In this document: positions 25,548 to 38,817 of the stretch, piece after piece
Layout of the letters: every line of letters starts with the position of its first letter
How positions within the stretch are numbered: position 1 is the stretch's first letter
Source: Lama guanicoe
Taxonomy: Eukaryota
Assembly (NCBI GenBank): GCA_013239625.1
Contig: MU054212.1
Span: 3,746,744-3,810,743, forward strand
Direction of reading: 5' to 3'
DNA: 64,000 bases
Notes under the pieces: generated by a model
The model's database searches: none
The model's input: only the letters and a program-made list of their open reading frames with translations
Told to the model about the DNA's origin: nothing
Translations under genes and position numbers: made by a program

Positions 25548-25745
25548 GGAGGAGGGGTGTAGTTTAGTGGCAGAGTGCTCATCTAGTAAGCGCAAAGTCC
25601 TGGGTTCAATCCCCAGTACCTCCAAAAAAAAATGAATAAAAATCTAATTATCTCCCCCACCAGAAGTACACAGCACTGTATGTTAATTACATCTCAGTAA
25701 AACTAGAAGAAAAAAAAAAGGATTGTTTTTAATTAAAAAGAAAAA
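25548..25745 (+). mobile_element. tRNA-derived SINE (camelid Vic-like) followed by an L1-type 3' tip
   Basis: A box 'tagtttagtgg', B box 'ggttcaatccc', tail 'aataaaaatctaattatctccccc'; homologous to 48834-48953. Confidence 0.8.
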
Positions 25746-26544
25746 CCCTGACCATTTTAACTTGTTTTAGGTGTTGTTAAGCTCTTAGGAACTATGGTCC
25801 ATCAGGCAGTAGGATTCTTTTGTCTGATGAAGTCTGTAACACTTACTCCCACAGAGAAAACCTGGTTCTGTAGGAGCGGAGTCCACAAGTCACGTAATTA
25901 TATTTGAGGGGGAGAGGAGGGAAGGGAGAATTTGGATCGTTCATGAAAGGCCCCTTCAGTATGGACAGAACACAGCAGGATGTCCTGATGGTCATAGGCA
26001 GAACATACACAGCTCCAAAAAGCTGGGGTAGAGAACAGACTTGGCCTATTTCAGATTTTGCCCAGGCCTGAGTACCTCCGCCCAACTCACGCACATGTGA
26101 TGAGCACCGCCTGTATGCTGGGAGCTTCTATTTCTGCATTTTGTTTCAACCAATTCAGCTTTAGTGGAGGTAAATATTGACCTCAACAGACACTGAAAAA
26201 GTCCACCTTCATGCTGGAAAAACCATCCTATGGGTAGCAATTGCTAGTCGAGAGGTTTGAAGATTTTTCTAAAGTGTTTTAAACAATATTCTGCCGACAG
26301 CAAATTGATAAGATGGCCACTCATTACAGGAGATTAATTTCTGCATAAAGAGACCTAGGCTTTTTCCCATTGTCCTTACTGCAGCCCCTCCTGATACCAA
26401 CCACCGACTGAGACCCACAGTCCTGGAGTCCATGCTCAGTCTCCCATAGACCACATCCAAGTCCGTGTCAAGTTCAAATGCTCTTTTCCTCAGTTTTTTC
26501 TTTTTCTTTCTTCTTTCTTCTTTTTTTTTCTGTATTTTCATTCC

Positions 26545-26700
26545 TGTGCTCAGCAAATATTTACCAAGCACTTACAACGTGCCTGGCACTGCTCCAAAAC
26601 ACTGGGATATGGCAGTGAGCAAACAGACCGAAGTTCTGGCTTACACTCCAATTGGGGGGAAAGACAAACAAGTAAGTACAATACGGTAATTGATGGCGAA
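26545..26700 (-). mobile_element. L2 3' end fragment
   Basis: 'cagcaaatatttaccaagcacttacaacgtgcctggcactgctcc...gggatatggcagtgagcaaaca'. Confidence 0.7.
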
Positions 26701-27858
26701 GAGGATTGGTTGTGCAGGGCTGGGGGCAAAAGGGGTTAGAATTGGGGGAATGAGGGATGACATGGGGTCCCCAGCTTCCAGGGTGACTGATATAAACATG
26801 AATAGGATCCTGCTCTCCAGATAAATGCTGGTGTAAGTCTAGAAGGGAGGGATGTAGTCCAAGCAGTGTAGTTCCCAGTTCTGGAGGCTCTTCTTTATTC
26901 TTACAAAGGATGACACGGGGACAGTGGAAGGGTCCAGAAAGTGGCCTCCTCGTCTAGAGCCAGGGAGCCAGAGAGCTCTCTGGCTCCCTCCTGCCTCCTT
27001 TGTTGACAGAATCTTTGCTAAATTCCCGGGTGGATTTTTATCCAGATCGTTATCCCCCAGATACATTAAAATAGAAAATGTCCTCTTTAAAACCCCTGCA
27101 GAGGTTACTAAAATTATACCTGCAAGTAAGAAAGCACAAACATTTAAAAGAATTTTAACGTTTGCCGGCTCGCGTCCTCCCGAGGTAATTAAATACTATC
27201 CCTAACTGACTTTACTCTTTCTTTTTCTTTTAATTCCAAGTGGGCAAGGAAGAAAGAAATCAAATTTCCTGTTTCTGGCATACTGTGATTAAACTGTGTG
27301 TTTCTAACTATAAGCTACCTAGTCAAATGGAGAAAAAAAAATGTGTTAAGTTTTCAAAACACAGCCAACACCACAAAATTATACCCAAGTCCCAGGGAGC
27401 AGTGGCAGGAAGGGGGCTGACTGGGTACCTCGACGAAGGACGAGTGATCTTCCTAATGGGATTGCCGGCCGCCATACCCTTCAGCTGGGACTTTTCTACA
27501 TGGATGCTTTTGCGGACCCTGGGGAGGGAGTATTTGGAGGGAGCTCAGCCTTGGAATTGGCTAACTGATTGTCTGGCTATAAATAAATGTATCCTCAGCA
27601 GAACAAGGAACATGGCGGAGCACCGAGGACAAAACCAGTAGCGTGTACGCAGAGAGATTTTCTGAGTGTGCATGCAGCAGGTAGTATAGAGTTGTGTCCT
27701 CATGTGTCTCTGTAAAGGTTGCAAGTTGCATGGGGTGGGCTGAAATGAAGCCCTTGTTTTGCTATTCACCAAGCCACTTACTCCAGTGAGGAGTCACATC
27801 CCACATCCGCCAGGGGAGGCAGGTTGGCCCAGATATCATATAGGCTATTGGAAGAAAA

Positions 27859-27879
27859 TGTGTGTGTGTGTGTGTGTGT
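27859..27879 (+). repeat. (TG)10 microsatellite
   Basis: Direct reading. Confidence 0.9.
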
Positions 27880-30800
27880 ATTTCACAACACTTCCCACTC
27901 TCTCCTATATATTCAAACCCTTCCTTTCTCTTGAATATTTCTACTTAGACGGAAAGTATTCTGTTAAGTATGTATGCATTTAAAACTTAACACTTGGCTT
28001 ATTTGTTCCTCAAGCCAGTTTCTGTCTCTAATCCTTCTTCGTTCACTGTCCGCAACACCAGCCCCCTCTTTCCACCCTGCAATCCGCCTCCAGCCGCTCT
28101 GCCAAAACCCCACCTTTCATCCATGCCACTCTTGCCCTGGTTACCAAATTCACCCACCTCTTGGAGGGTCCTTTTTTTCTGCAACATCACACTGCTGATC
28201 AGCATCTGTTCCCCCCAAATCTTTCCTCTCTGGCATTTTTCATCCTGTTTGTTTTGTTCCCTAGAGCTGCTTTTTCCCTGACCTCACCTCTGGTCTATCT
28301 CCCTGCCTCTGGCCCCTGGAGTGCTCTATTCAGCCTTCTTCTCCGCTCTCTGTCTTCTAGGAAAATACTTTTACTCCCACCATTTAAGTTATCAGACGTC
28401 CAAATAGCTATCAGAAGTCCTGACTTCTGTCTTGAGCCCCAATCCCAAATTGTGTGCCAGACCAACTGGCAAAAAACCAGTCTGATGCAGCTTGCAATGG
28501 GGCCTGGCAAAGGCACTTTTCTCCGACTAGAGTAAGAGCCAAAGCAGCCACAGCCTCACGCCTTTCGTAGGCTGACCAGAAAAGAAAGCTGTGAAGGAGG
28601 AAGATGGGAAAGAAAAGCAGGGGGAAGAAAGAGAGAATGTCACTGAGATGGCGTTGGCTCCCCCTCAGCCCTCCAAGCTTGGTTTCCTACCAACAGCTCA
28701 AAGTTAATCTAGAAGATTTGAACTTGTCATCCTCCATCCCATCCTTAAGCTCTTCTCTCTGGGTACCATGTTTATGTTTATATCGGTTCATCTTTTGATT
28801 TGCCTGGGTTCCAAACATCAACACAACTAGTTCCTTTCCATTTTGATCTAATCTATACTTTTTCCATTATATCTTCTCTCCATCCTTATAGCCTTCACTT
28901 TGGTTCCAGTTCCTGCTGCATCCAATGCCTGGACTGTTACTGTCATGCCGTCTAACCAAAGGCTCCACTCCTCTTTTCCATTCTCAGAGGTCTGAACTTA
29001 CTCCAAATAGTCCCTACTTATATGGATATATTTGAATAAAAGACACAAGTTCTGAAAAGTCTCAAGACAAATAATTAAAACCACGATGTTGAAAATAGTA
29101 TAATGAAGTTCATGAATTTGACTGGCAGGCAATTTCATACAGTCAAGCACTGTTTCTGGGTGCCAGTACCAACAAGGGGAACATTACAAATATCCCTCTT
29201 TCTATTAAACAGGTACTTCTCTTGGCTATAAACAGGGTTCATTTATTAATATTTTATATAATTTATGTTTAAGAAATGTGGTTGTAAATATTCATTTGTG
29301 ACCCAGAGGAGAAAGACTGGGAAAAAAGCCCACCGGTGGGCAGAAGATTTTGTTCTGGGAGGTGGGGGAGAAATGTACCAACTAAGGAAAGTCTTGGTAA
29401 ACCAGGAAAGCGTGTTATTCCGCAGAGGAAACTAGACAAGGCTTGATGTGAGAGAAGAAAGTACGGCGGGGGTGGGGCTATATGTCCGCAGTTAAACAGA
29501 AGAGCTCTGTTTCCTCAAAATGACCAACACTGAGTGGGAAGAAACCAAATTCAGAGTCCTAAGCAGGAGTCTCGGAACATAAGAAGTCAATGTGAAGATT
29601 CTTCTTCCTAGTTAGCAATGCTGGACTCTGTAAACACACTCTCCACCAGTGAACTTGGCCCCCGTACGGTGCCTAATGACTAAGGGTGGAAGAGTGCCCT
29701 ATAAAAAGGGAGTGGCATGGGGGTCAGTCCTACAAACTCCAGGCACTTCCTTCACATTCTCTGAGAACAATTATAAATTTCAGAGTTAATTAGGGGAAGA
29801 CAGGTTTATCTGCATCCGATTTTCTCTACCAGATTACACCTAGGTGGCCCCTGTCTACGCTTTGGCTCTTGTCTCTCCAACCTCCTTCTTGCTTCTCAGA
29901 CTCAGCCTTCAGACGTCTTTCAGCTACTCCATCCCTCCACCACCTCGCTGGGCTTTGTGACTCCGCATGTGATGCTTTCCCTGCCTAGAAATTTACCCCT
30001 TTTACCTTCTTAACACTCAGCTCTCATCTCAAGGCTTAGGTCCTCAAGGCATACACCTGTCTTGCAGACATCCCTGATGCCCTTCTTATGCAAATAGGCT
30101 ATTTACATCTCCTGCATCGTCTAAAGCTATTTAACTACATAACCACACACAGTGCTTTATGTAGTATAAAAGTTTCCAAAAACTTTCTCTAAAAATGAAA
30201 TTACATGTTCCAAGTGAAGAGCACTGTTATTTCAAGGATTACATTCTCCTCATTTTTATTGGAATTTGAGTGGCAGTAATTCTTCACACTTTATGTTTCT
30301 CAGCTCCAGAATCTTTCTCTCAGTTCATTAATTACACACAAACTAAGGCTTAAAAGTATTGGAGGAACATCTCTTTAAATCAATATTTAAGTGAATTCTT
30401 TTGTTTTAATGAAAGACACATTATTTAAACTTCGTGTGATGATTCTTTGCTAAACAACCCACACATATCTGGGATGTAACATGCCCTTTCACTGAGAATG
30501 TTAAATCAACGTTTCCTTTTTGCAATGATGACATTCAGATCCAGTTTTCCCTTTTTAAAGTTTTTTTTTCCCCACTCTTACATTGCCAATATTGGAATTG
30601 CCACTAACAGATTTTTCAGGAGTGAGGGTGAAATGATGTGTGAGAGAAAAAAAAAATGTGATAGGGAAGTTTGACAAAGTGTTTTAACTAAGCAGAGGCT
30701 GAAATTAGAAGCTGGTTATATGAGACATAGCAAAGAAGATATGACATTAAATATGCAGCGATACACTGAAACCCTGCTCAAATAATAGCTCATCACAAGT

Positions 30801-33479
30801 AAAGGTATAGGGGCTATGGTTAACAATTCTTTTCCATGAAAAATGAAATAAGAACTAAAATATCAGACACTTTCCTAATCCGAGCCAGAATAATACATTC
30901 AAGACTGGAAAAAGGAACAGATGAAGGGGGATTTACACAGCCCCAACACGAACCCTGCATGCAAAAAGCCAGACAGACCTCTGGAGCTACAGTTGAACTG
31001 TTAGACCTGTTTCTAAAATCCTGTGATCAAAAGCATGTTATTACCTATATTAGGGAAGATTGATTCATTCACTTTTAAACTCTATTATCTTTTTAGAGAA
31101 ACAAACAAAAAAAGTCACAATACATCTACATCTTGTAGCCACCATCATGAAGAGAATGTGTTTCAGTAATTTCTTTCCATGATGGGTGATGAAAAAAATA
31201 GGTTAATTTTATTTGGAGGAGGAAAAAGCAACTCATCTCAAAATACAGGTGAAGGCAGAAGTCATTTTTGTGGACGGTATACAAAGAAGGAGAAAGGATC
31301 CATTAAAAGGCAAACTCTTGTCTCCTACCAGGTACTGATTTATTATCAGGGCTAAGGGAGAAGTGCTGGTCAGATTCCTTGCACTACTTACTGCATCTCC
31401 CTGGAGATTCTGCAAATGCCGTCCAGGCACTGACTCGGTCTGCACTTGTTTTATTTATAAGATCCAATGAGATTGTAGTCAAGCTGATACGACTGCAGGG
31501 TTCCTAATTCCCGTGGCACGCAAACACTCAGATGTGTCTTTTTCATCAAAGGCATGATCAGCTCAACTTCTGGTGGTTTCTCTGTTTCTGTGACTGTGCC
31601 CTGGAGGGCAGAGTGAGTCAAGGTGATGTGATTCTCCTGATGCTGGTGTAATTTAGTCTGAACTTACAGGACGACAAGAAGCCCAAGACAGAATCTCACT
31701 AGAGCCTATTACTTGGTCTATAGGATGACATAACAAGCTACAAATTGGAAAAGTGAGTTGGCTTATATTTTGGTTGGTCCTCAACCAACTGATATAACTT
31801 ACAATTGTCACGAAAAGGAGTTACTTCTCCAATGCTTCACCACACCACTTGTCTAAATCATGAGATTTAGAAAGCCTGAAAGTAGCTGCCCGGTTGATGT
31901 ACTTGGGTACACTGCCCAGGTACCAATGGGCAGTGCCTCCATCAGGCACTGAGATGCTTGGAGACCTCCAGTTTCCAATCAGTGCTGACTGGCTAATGCC
32001 TTAGGAAAGGCTAATTAAATAGTTTCAGAGGCCAGAGCAGAAGAAACACTCTAAGCATCCTCAGAAAGAAATTGTTAATAAGTAAGTAACTAAATATGAA
32101 TGATTCAAGTAATGCTACTTTTTAGGATTCTTAGAATCAACAAAAGGCAGTGAAACATTCCTTTGCTGGTCATAGCATGGTCATGAAAAGGCAGAGATTC
32201 TCATTTACTATCTGAGCAGGACGTGAATCTACTATGTGGCCAGGGGAATGTGTTAAATAGTAACTGTGAGTCTGACTCTAACACACACTGGAAACCTTCC
32301 AAATGACCCCACAGACGGAAGGACTTTCTGCCCCGTCCTCACGTACAAGGAGATCACCCTGCCTGTAGCCACATATTTGCTCCCAAGGACTTAGAAACAA
32401 CTGGCATCTCAGCTCTGAAATTTCTTTCTAGAGGAGTATGGAAACCTTGTAGAGTCAGACAGGCATGAGCCATCTAAATAAGAGATCCCTTGCTCAAACT
32501 AAATACAAATCAGATTTAAAGGTTCCAGAGGAAGTATGCAAAGTTAGCTAATCTGATTCAGATCCAACCAACATATACGGTTATTGTTGGAAATATGCCT
32601 GTTATGTTTCACATGGGAAAGTTTTTATTATCTCCAGTTAGAGGAAGGGACTGAGAAAAGTTCATCTCACCCAGTGGGTAAGGTGCGGAGCTGAGATGCC
32701 AACCCAAAGCTGTCTGCCTCCAAGATGGATCTTTCCATTAAGAGCTGTTGAGTCTCTCTTAAAGGCAAATTGTAAAAGAAGACTGGCAGAATGATGGTGG
32801 TGGTGTTAATGGAAACATTAATTACTATTCCTGTTCCCATTCCTCAAACTTCTCCTCCATCCTACCTCTGTGATGAAGGTGCTCAGGTGTTTTTTTGTTT
32901 TGTTTTGTATTGTTTTTTTTTTAATTTTCTAATCAGCATCAGAAAAAAAAAAATTACTGCCCACAAAGAGAAAATGATCTGCCCAAGTCCATGAGCAAGT
33001 CACTGACAACTGTGTCACTCTGATTTGATCACTAAATCTCTCTTTTTCTCAATAGCTTAACTGGTAAAAGGACATAAATTATCTCCTCTCTTCCTATTTC
33101 AGCAGTTAGGGAAGGAGCCAAGAAAGGAACTCAGCATCCTTGTTTCTCTGTCTAAATGTTTTATTGACAAAACCGTATTGTATCTCCATGCCTGAATTAG
33201 AGCTAGGACAGGAAAAAAAAAAAGAAGAAGAAAATTCAGAAGGGCAGGAAGGGCGTGGAAAAAGCAACTCATTCTCTCCTTCCTCAAAAAAAAGGAACAA
33301 TGACAGCGATTCATTTGGAGGTAAAACTTGAAAATCTGAGAACTATGGCATTGACTATTTAATTCTGTTTCCCACTCTGACTTGCCTGCCGCTGGCAATT
33401 TAGTGCAGAAACTGCACCAGAAAACACGAACCAGGGTGGAGGGCAGGGGCACAGAACCATGAGAAATCCCACACAACCC

Positions 33480-33755
33480 AAAATACTCAGTTACATTCTT
33501 TATTTCTGGTTCATGGGAAAGAACTGGCTGGGGGTGCTGATCACCCTAGGACTGGCCGAGGCTTCTGCCAGGAGCACTATGAACTTATTTCTAATTTACC
33601 CTCCTGGACAAATCTGCGCTCTGATCCCATTCACGAAGGCTCCACCCTCATGACCTAAGCACCTCCCAGAGGCCCCCCTCCTAACACCATCACACTGGGC
33701 GCTGTATTACAGCATTTGAATTTTGAGGGGACACTAATAATCAGTCCATAGCAGC
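33480..33755 (-). mobile_element. MaLR MLT1A-like fragment
   Basis: 'gatcccattcacgaaggctccaccctcatgacctaagcacctcccagaggccc...gaattttgaggggacac...cagtccatagca'. Confidence 0.75.
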
Positions 33756-36224
33756 AATTATCACTATCTGAATTTATCTTGCCTCCTGATGATTTATTTC
33801 CTACCCCCACTCAAGAAAATATAAGCTGCATAAGACAGAGTTAGTCCACAATAAATATTTAATGAATAAACAAATGCTTGGCTCCACTAACATGGCTGTA
33901 CACACATCTTGTAGGCTTAGATAACCAGCAAGCCAGCCCCCAGGACTGAGCCGTAAGGATGTTTATCTATCTCTTCTTTCTAAGGTGTCTCTGTTTTTTC
34001 CTTTCTGTAACCAGCAGTGAAAGGCTGGAACTCAGGTTGGTTGGGGTCTTGGGTTCCTGTCTGCACTCCGTCCTGTGACACACTTGGAGCCATTTTATTG
34101 CTGTTACTCTAAACAACACTGGCAAGGTCCAGACCAATGAGACAGCCTTCCCCTTCCCCTGTGACAAAGGCATGAAGAAATTCACCCTACCACTCTGGCT
34201 CTCCTGGAAAAAGTCCTTCTCTAGCTGACTTCGAGCCAGAGTTACTCACCTTCCAATCCCTTAATTCCTAATCCATCTATAGGTTTAACCTCTTGCCTCT
34301 TTCCAGTGCAGAAAATACTATGGCTTACTCGTCTTTGTATACCCAGAGGTACCACAGGAACGAGCATATTGGATGTGTTCCACGATATTTATTGAAACAA
34401 CTAAATATGTTTCAAAAAATTATTAAGCTAAAAGAGAGACTAAACAGAAAAACATGTCCCTTTCCATAGTGGGAAAATAACTCTCTTAGATGGAATGAGA
34501 TTAACTGAATCAAAATATATACAACGAGTTAGACAGAAAAAGCCCTCCTCAAGATCAAACTCATCACCCCAGATATAATGAACGTTTCCATATTTGAGGC
34601 ACTTCGGACTATACTGAGCCATCTAAAACACGTCACTACAAAGTCCTGTAAAAATAAAAATCTGTGTTCAAAGAAAGATGCTGGGCTTCTGATTTGAATC
34701 CAAGATGGACCTGCATTCACTGCATGTTAATCTCCTTAAACCTCAGTTTGTACATCTGATCTCACTTACCTGTCTCCCAAGGCTGTCAAGAAGCTAATGA
34801 GCTATTGTCTGCAATATGCGTAAAGAACTTGACATGAAAGGTGTTACAGAAAGCCAAGAAACTCACCCTGGCGTTGGTTTCAGTTGGAAAAATTTCTTCA
34901 ATTATTATAGGAAAAAAATTCCACGAATGACTCACCAGGTTTTAACCCTCCATAAATGTCAAAAATCGAAAGATCTTTCAGCTTTAAAATGTAAATCTAA
35001 TTACAGATAAAGGTTATAGAAAATTCCACAGCGCAGTATGTGGCCAAGGGCTCTGGTAATGACCAGCCTTAAACACAGACATCTATTGTCTCTAATCGCT
35101 GTGAAAGGGGGACCACCTGTTTATTCTTTGTGATGGTTTGCGGGCAAAGGGAACTGTGCTTACATCATAGCATACTCATCACCTGCCCTCCGCCAGAGTC
35201 CAAGAAAAACACTTCAACAAACACCCCAAAACAGACGCACTTGATTAACTCTATCATTTATATTCTCCACTCTATTTTTAACTGATGGAAACCAATCTTA
35301 TCTCTAAAAGATGATTATTGCAAGAAAGTTTTTCTAAGTCTTCTTAGACTTCACGTTGGGGATAAAAAAAAAATGCAGTCATTCTATCCTCTCCTTCTGA
35401 GCCTGTTTCTCTGGAAAGAACAAGGCCATAAATCATTTAAGCATATGTACAAAGGAGAATATAGCTTTGTTACATTCAAGATAAAAAAAGAAAAAGTTTT
35501 GTTTTTTTTTAAATTAGCTTCTTTTCTGTTTGTATTCTATAAAGGAAGATACAAAAGATTGGTTTTGAAATTTTATTTCAAAGACTACGTTTTTCTACAA
35601 AAGAGCATGCTTGCTTCAAATTTTTATTAATGATAAAAGGTGATAGTTCAGTAATAGGAAAGCAAGAATGAAGGCATGGAGTCAAAATTCTTGGATTCTA
35701 TCTCTGTGACCCACTCCCCGAAACATGCTTGTGGTCAAGTTATAACGTCCCTCAGTTTCCTCATCAATTTAAAGGAGAATGTATTTGATCTAATAATTTA
35801 ACAGTGTTGTTATAAAGATAAAATAAGATAATGCATTGGAAAGCATTAGGGAAGTATAATTTATAACATTTTTAAACAAAACATTACAGGTATCATTAAT
35901 ACTGCTGACATCTAGATCACATCATTGAATAATTATTACTGTCATAATATATCAGTCAGAAAAATTGTATCCAATTTCTGTCCTTTTGAGAGAAGGGAAC
36001 ATTTTAACTGTAATTATTCTGATCTTATCTTACTTTTTGTGTTGCTCAGTGTTTTAGTTCTATCGTATTTTTATCCCTAAATTTGATATTATTATTGTTT
36101 GACTCAGTCAGTATTGGTTTAAGTCAACTCAGAATTTGCCAACTGATTTGATCAAGACTCCACTGTATGTCTCAGACCTTCCCCCAGAGACCTTTTATCC
36201 TCCGCCTCGTGTACTGTCTTTCGG

Positions 36225-36400
36225 GTGGTGGTTTTCCAAGTAGGGCCGCGTCCACGCACCTGGAAAGCTTGATACACCCCAACTTACAACCCACCACTGA
36301 GTTTACGATTCATAGGTTTGGGGTGGGGCCCGAACACTTGCATTTCTCACACCTTCGGGGTGATGCTGATGCCGCAGGGGACCATGCTTTGAATCACTGG
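36225..36400 (+). mobile_element. MER5A
   Basis: 'gtggttttccaagt...cacctggaaagcttg...ggtggggcccgaacacttgcatttct...ggtgatgctgatgccgcaggggaccatgctttgaatcactg'. Confidence 0.75.
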
Positions 36401-36913
36401 ACCTCAAGTGGGAGTTGGTCATAAGCTCTGTTTATGCTTGTCTGAAAAATGGCTTAATTTGTCCTTCCTCTTGGAGAACAGTTGAGGCGACTACGTGAAT
36501 CTCAGTTGTCAGGATTTTTTCTTCTTTGTCTCAGTGCTGAAAATATCACCCCACATGTGTTGGTAGTGCTGAGGGGTCTAACATCAGTTTGTGGTTTCTT
36601 TGTGGGTAAACACATTTCTCCTCTTCGGCCGATTTTAAGCTCTTTCTCGCCTTTAATAATTGGCAATTTTCCAAGGAAATGGCTCCTTTCCTGAATGCCC
36701 CACCCCCTCCTTTCCTTCCTTGGGTGTAGTTTCCATAATCTGCGGGTTCACATCTTTCATTAGGTCTGGAAAATTCTCTGCTATTATTATCTTCTCAAAT
36801 AATGCTTCACCCCTATTCTTTCTGTTCTTATTCTCACTGTTCAAAGAGGTATTTTTTATTTCTTTGTCTCACTTGGTGACATGTTACAAATCTATCTTCT
36901 ATTTACTTGCTCC

Positions 36914-37655
36914 TCAAAGCACAGGCATCACCCGAGATCTCGTTAGAAATGCCACCTTTGCATTCCGCTCTCTCCCCTTTGGAGAAGGCCCGCACTCTGT
37001 CTATGGAGTGTGTAGCTACTTTTACTTTAACCTGAGCACCCAATTCCCACACCCCTTTCCTTGCCTTTCTCTTGCCTTACACTCTATGCGTTATGTATCT
37101 CTCTGAATAAATCTACCTTTACTCAACGGTGGCTCGCGCTTGAATTCTTTCCTGCACAAAGCCAAGGACCCACACTTGGCAGGGCATGTCCCAGGGGCTC
37201 AACCGAGACCTGGTCTCAGCCCTCCTCATGCCCCACATCCGTTTTCCTGCATCAAAAGAGCCACGGAGGGGAATCTCACCCAGTCAGGCTGCCAATTATT
37301 TGCCACGTGGTCTTAATTTGGATGTCCGAGTGGTTGCCTTAATGGATCTTCTCGAGTCCAAAGAGATAGTGTGATAGAGAGAATGAGAAAAGATCCAGAG
37401 GAGAAAAGCCTTGGGCTCAGTGAGCTCCATCATGGCTTGAGAGCTGGTCTACGCCAGATCCTGCAGGCAGCGTCTGCCACCACCTAAGGGCTACTTGAAT
37501 CTGCACAACATGGGAGAAGCCCCCTGCCACCCTCCGAAAAAAAAAAAAATGCCACCTTTGGGGCCCCACCCCAGACCCACAGAATCAGAATCTGTGTGTT
37601 AACGGGCCTCCTGGCTGTGTGCCATGTACACTGGAGGCTGCGAAGCATGGCTCTG
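36914..37655 (+). mobile_element. MER5A split by a retroposed insertion (pieces 36914-36960 and 37561-37655)
   Basis: 'gcatcacccgagatctcgttagaaatgc' joins to 'gggccccaccccagacccacagaatcagaatctg' as in the MER5A consensus. Confidence 0.8.
36961..37546 (+). mobile_element. L1-mediated retrocopy of an LTR-initiated transcript (LTR R/U5, ~280 nt downstream sequence, A tail)
   Basis: Exact 14-bp TSD aaatgccacctttg (36947-36960 and 37547-37560); A run 37537-37549; 5' part homologous to the 3' half of the LTR at 17545-18165. Confidence 0.8.
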
Positions 37656-38479
37656 ACTCACTAATTCTCCTTCTTCAGGTGTGTTTTACACGCTGCTTAA
37701 CTCATTTGTCAATATTATCACTGTAATGATGATATTGTTTAGTTTATAGATTTCTGTTGGGTTTTTTTTTTCAAACTTGTCTAATCCTACTTATGGTCTC
37801 TTTTTTTTGTCCTGTGTTTCACTCCCTTTTTCTTTTTGCAAACATTTAAAACATTCCATATGTCCTCTCTACTTATTCCTGCATTTAAAGTCCATGGGGG
37901 GGGCAATGGCTCATTTCCTTGTGTTTTCCAGTGACTTTGGACTGTGAGTTTTTATTTGAGTGCTGGGAATCTGTGGGTTTGGAGGACACTGGGTTGAGAG
38001 ACTGTTCTTCCAGTGAGAATTTGGGTTCTACCATGTGCTCTCAAGCATGATAATTGAAGTCCACCTGAACTTACATTCTTGTCTTAAGATTTTTCATAAC
38101 ACCCAAAGAGGGTGATTTAAACTCCAAACTTGTGTAAGGAGCCATGCCTGATCGTAAATCCCTTGGCTCAGACAAGTATCTCCCTCATTTCTCTGCCTGA
38201 AGGCAAATTTTTTTCTAACCAGTCCCTTACCGAGGACGTGGTCCTATGAGGTCCTTTGAGGGTCTTAGCTTCGTGCCAGGTCTCATTTCTAACTCCCTAC
38301 CTTGCAAAGGTCCAGAACCTTATCTCCTGGCCTCACCAGCTGGCAATGCCAATAATTTAACTCCCCCTTGCAGACAAACACGCTCAGGGCAGCTGCAGCT
38401 TTGCTCACTGCTCTGGCCTTTAGCTCATTCAGTTTTTGTCCTGGGATTTATCTAAATTTCTCCTGAGCTCAGCTTTCGT

Positions 38480-38620
38480 GGGGGAAAGAGGAGAGGAAGT
38501 GAGAGGTGGAGGGAGAGAGGAGGAAGGAAAGAGGGAAACAAGAGGAGAAGGAGGGAGGGAGATAAAGGAGAAGCGTGGGAAGAAGGAAGGGGAAGAAAGA
38601 AGGAGAAAAGAAGAAAGAAC
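38480..38620 (+). repeat. GA-rich low-complexity polypurine tract
   Basis: Almost exclusively A/G over ~140 bp. Confidence 0.85.
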
Positions 38621-38817
38621 ATCCGCATCCAGGAATCATAATATAGTCCCAAGATAAAGCTCTCTTACAGAGAAGTGCAGTTTTATGATGGGGTTAGCCT
38701 TTAAAGTAAACACAAAAGCCACAATCAAATACAGACAAAAGTGCCCCAAGGAATACATAAAGCACAGTGATATTCAGAGACTCTGACTCTCAGGTAAGAC
38801 CAACACACCTAGGGCTG

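Larger units (their letters stand above)
36420..38420 (-). mobile_element. Old L1M fragments (ORF1/5' region) hosting MER5A and a retrocopy
   Basis: Minus-strand ORF 36653-36844 'NRGEALFEKIIIAENFPDLMKDVNPQI' resembles the L1 ORF1 'IxENFPxLxxxxxxQI' motif. Confidence 0.6.

Noticed and set aside
25548..25625. tRNA gene candidate (also 48834-48905)
   Set aside because: A and B boxes belong to SINE heads with A-rich tails; acceptor stems are not intact
34240..34940. Cluster of consensus minus-strand splice donors
   Set aside because: No convincing paired acceptors; one lies in MIR-like sequence; compatible with chance
38436..38657. Charged E/G/R/K-rich ORF
   Set aside because: Translation of the GA-rich low-complexity tract
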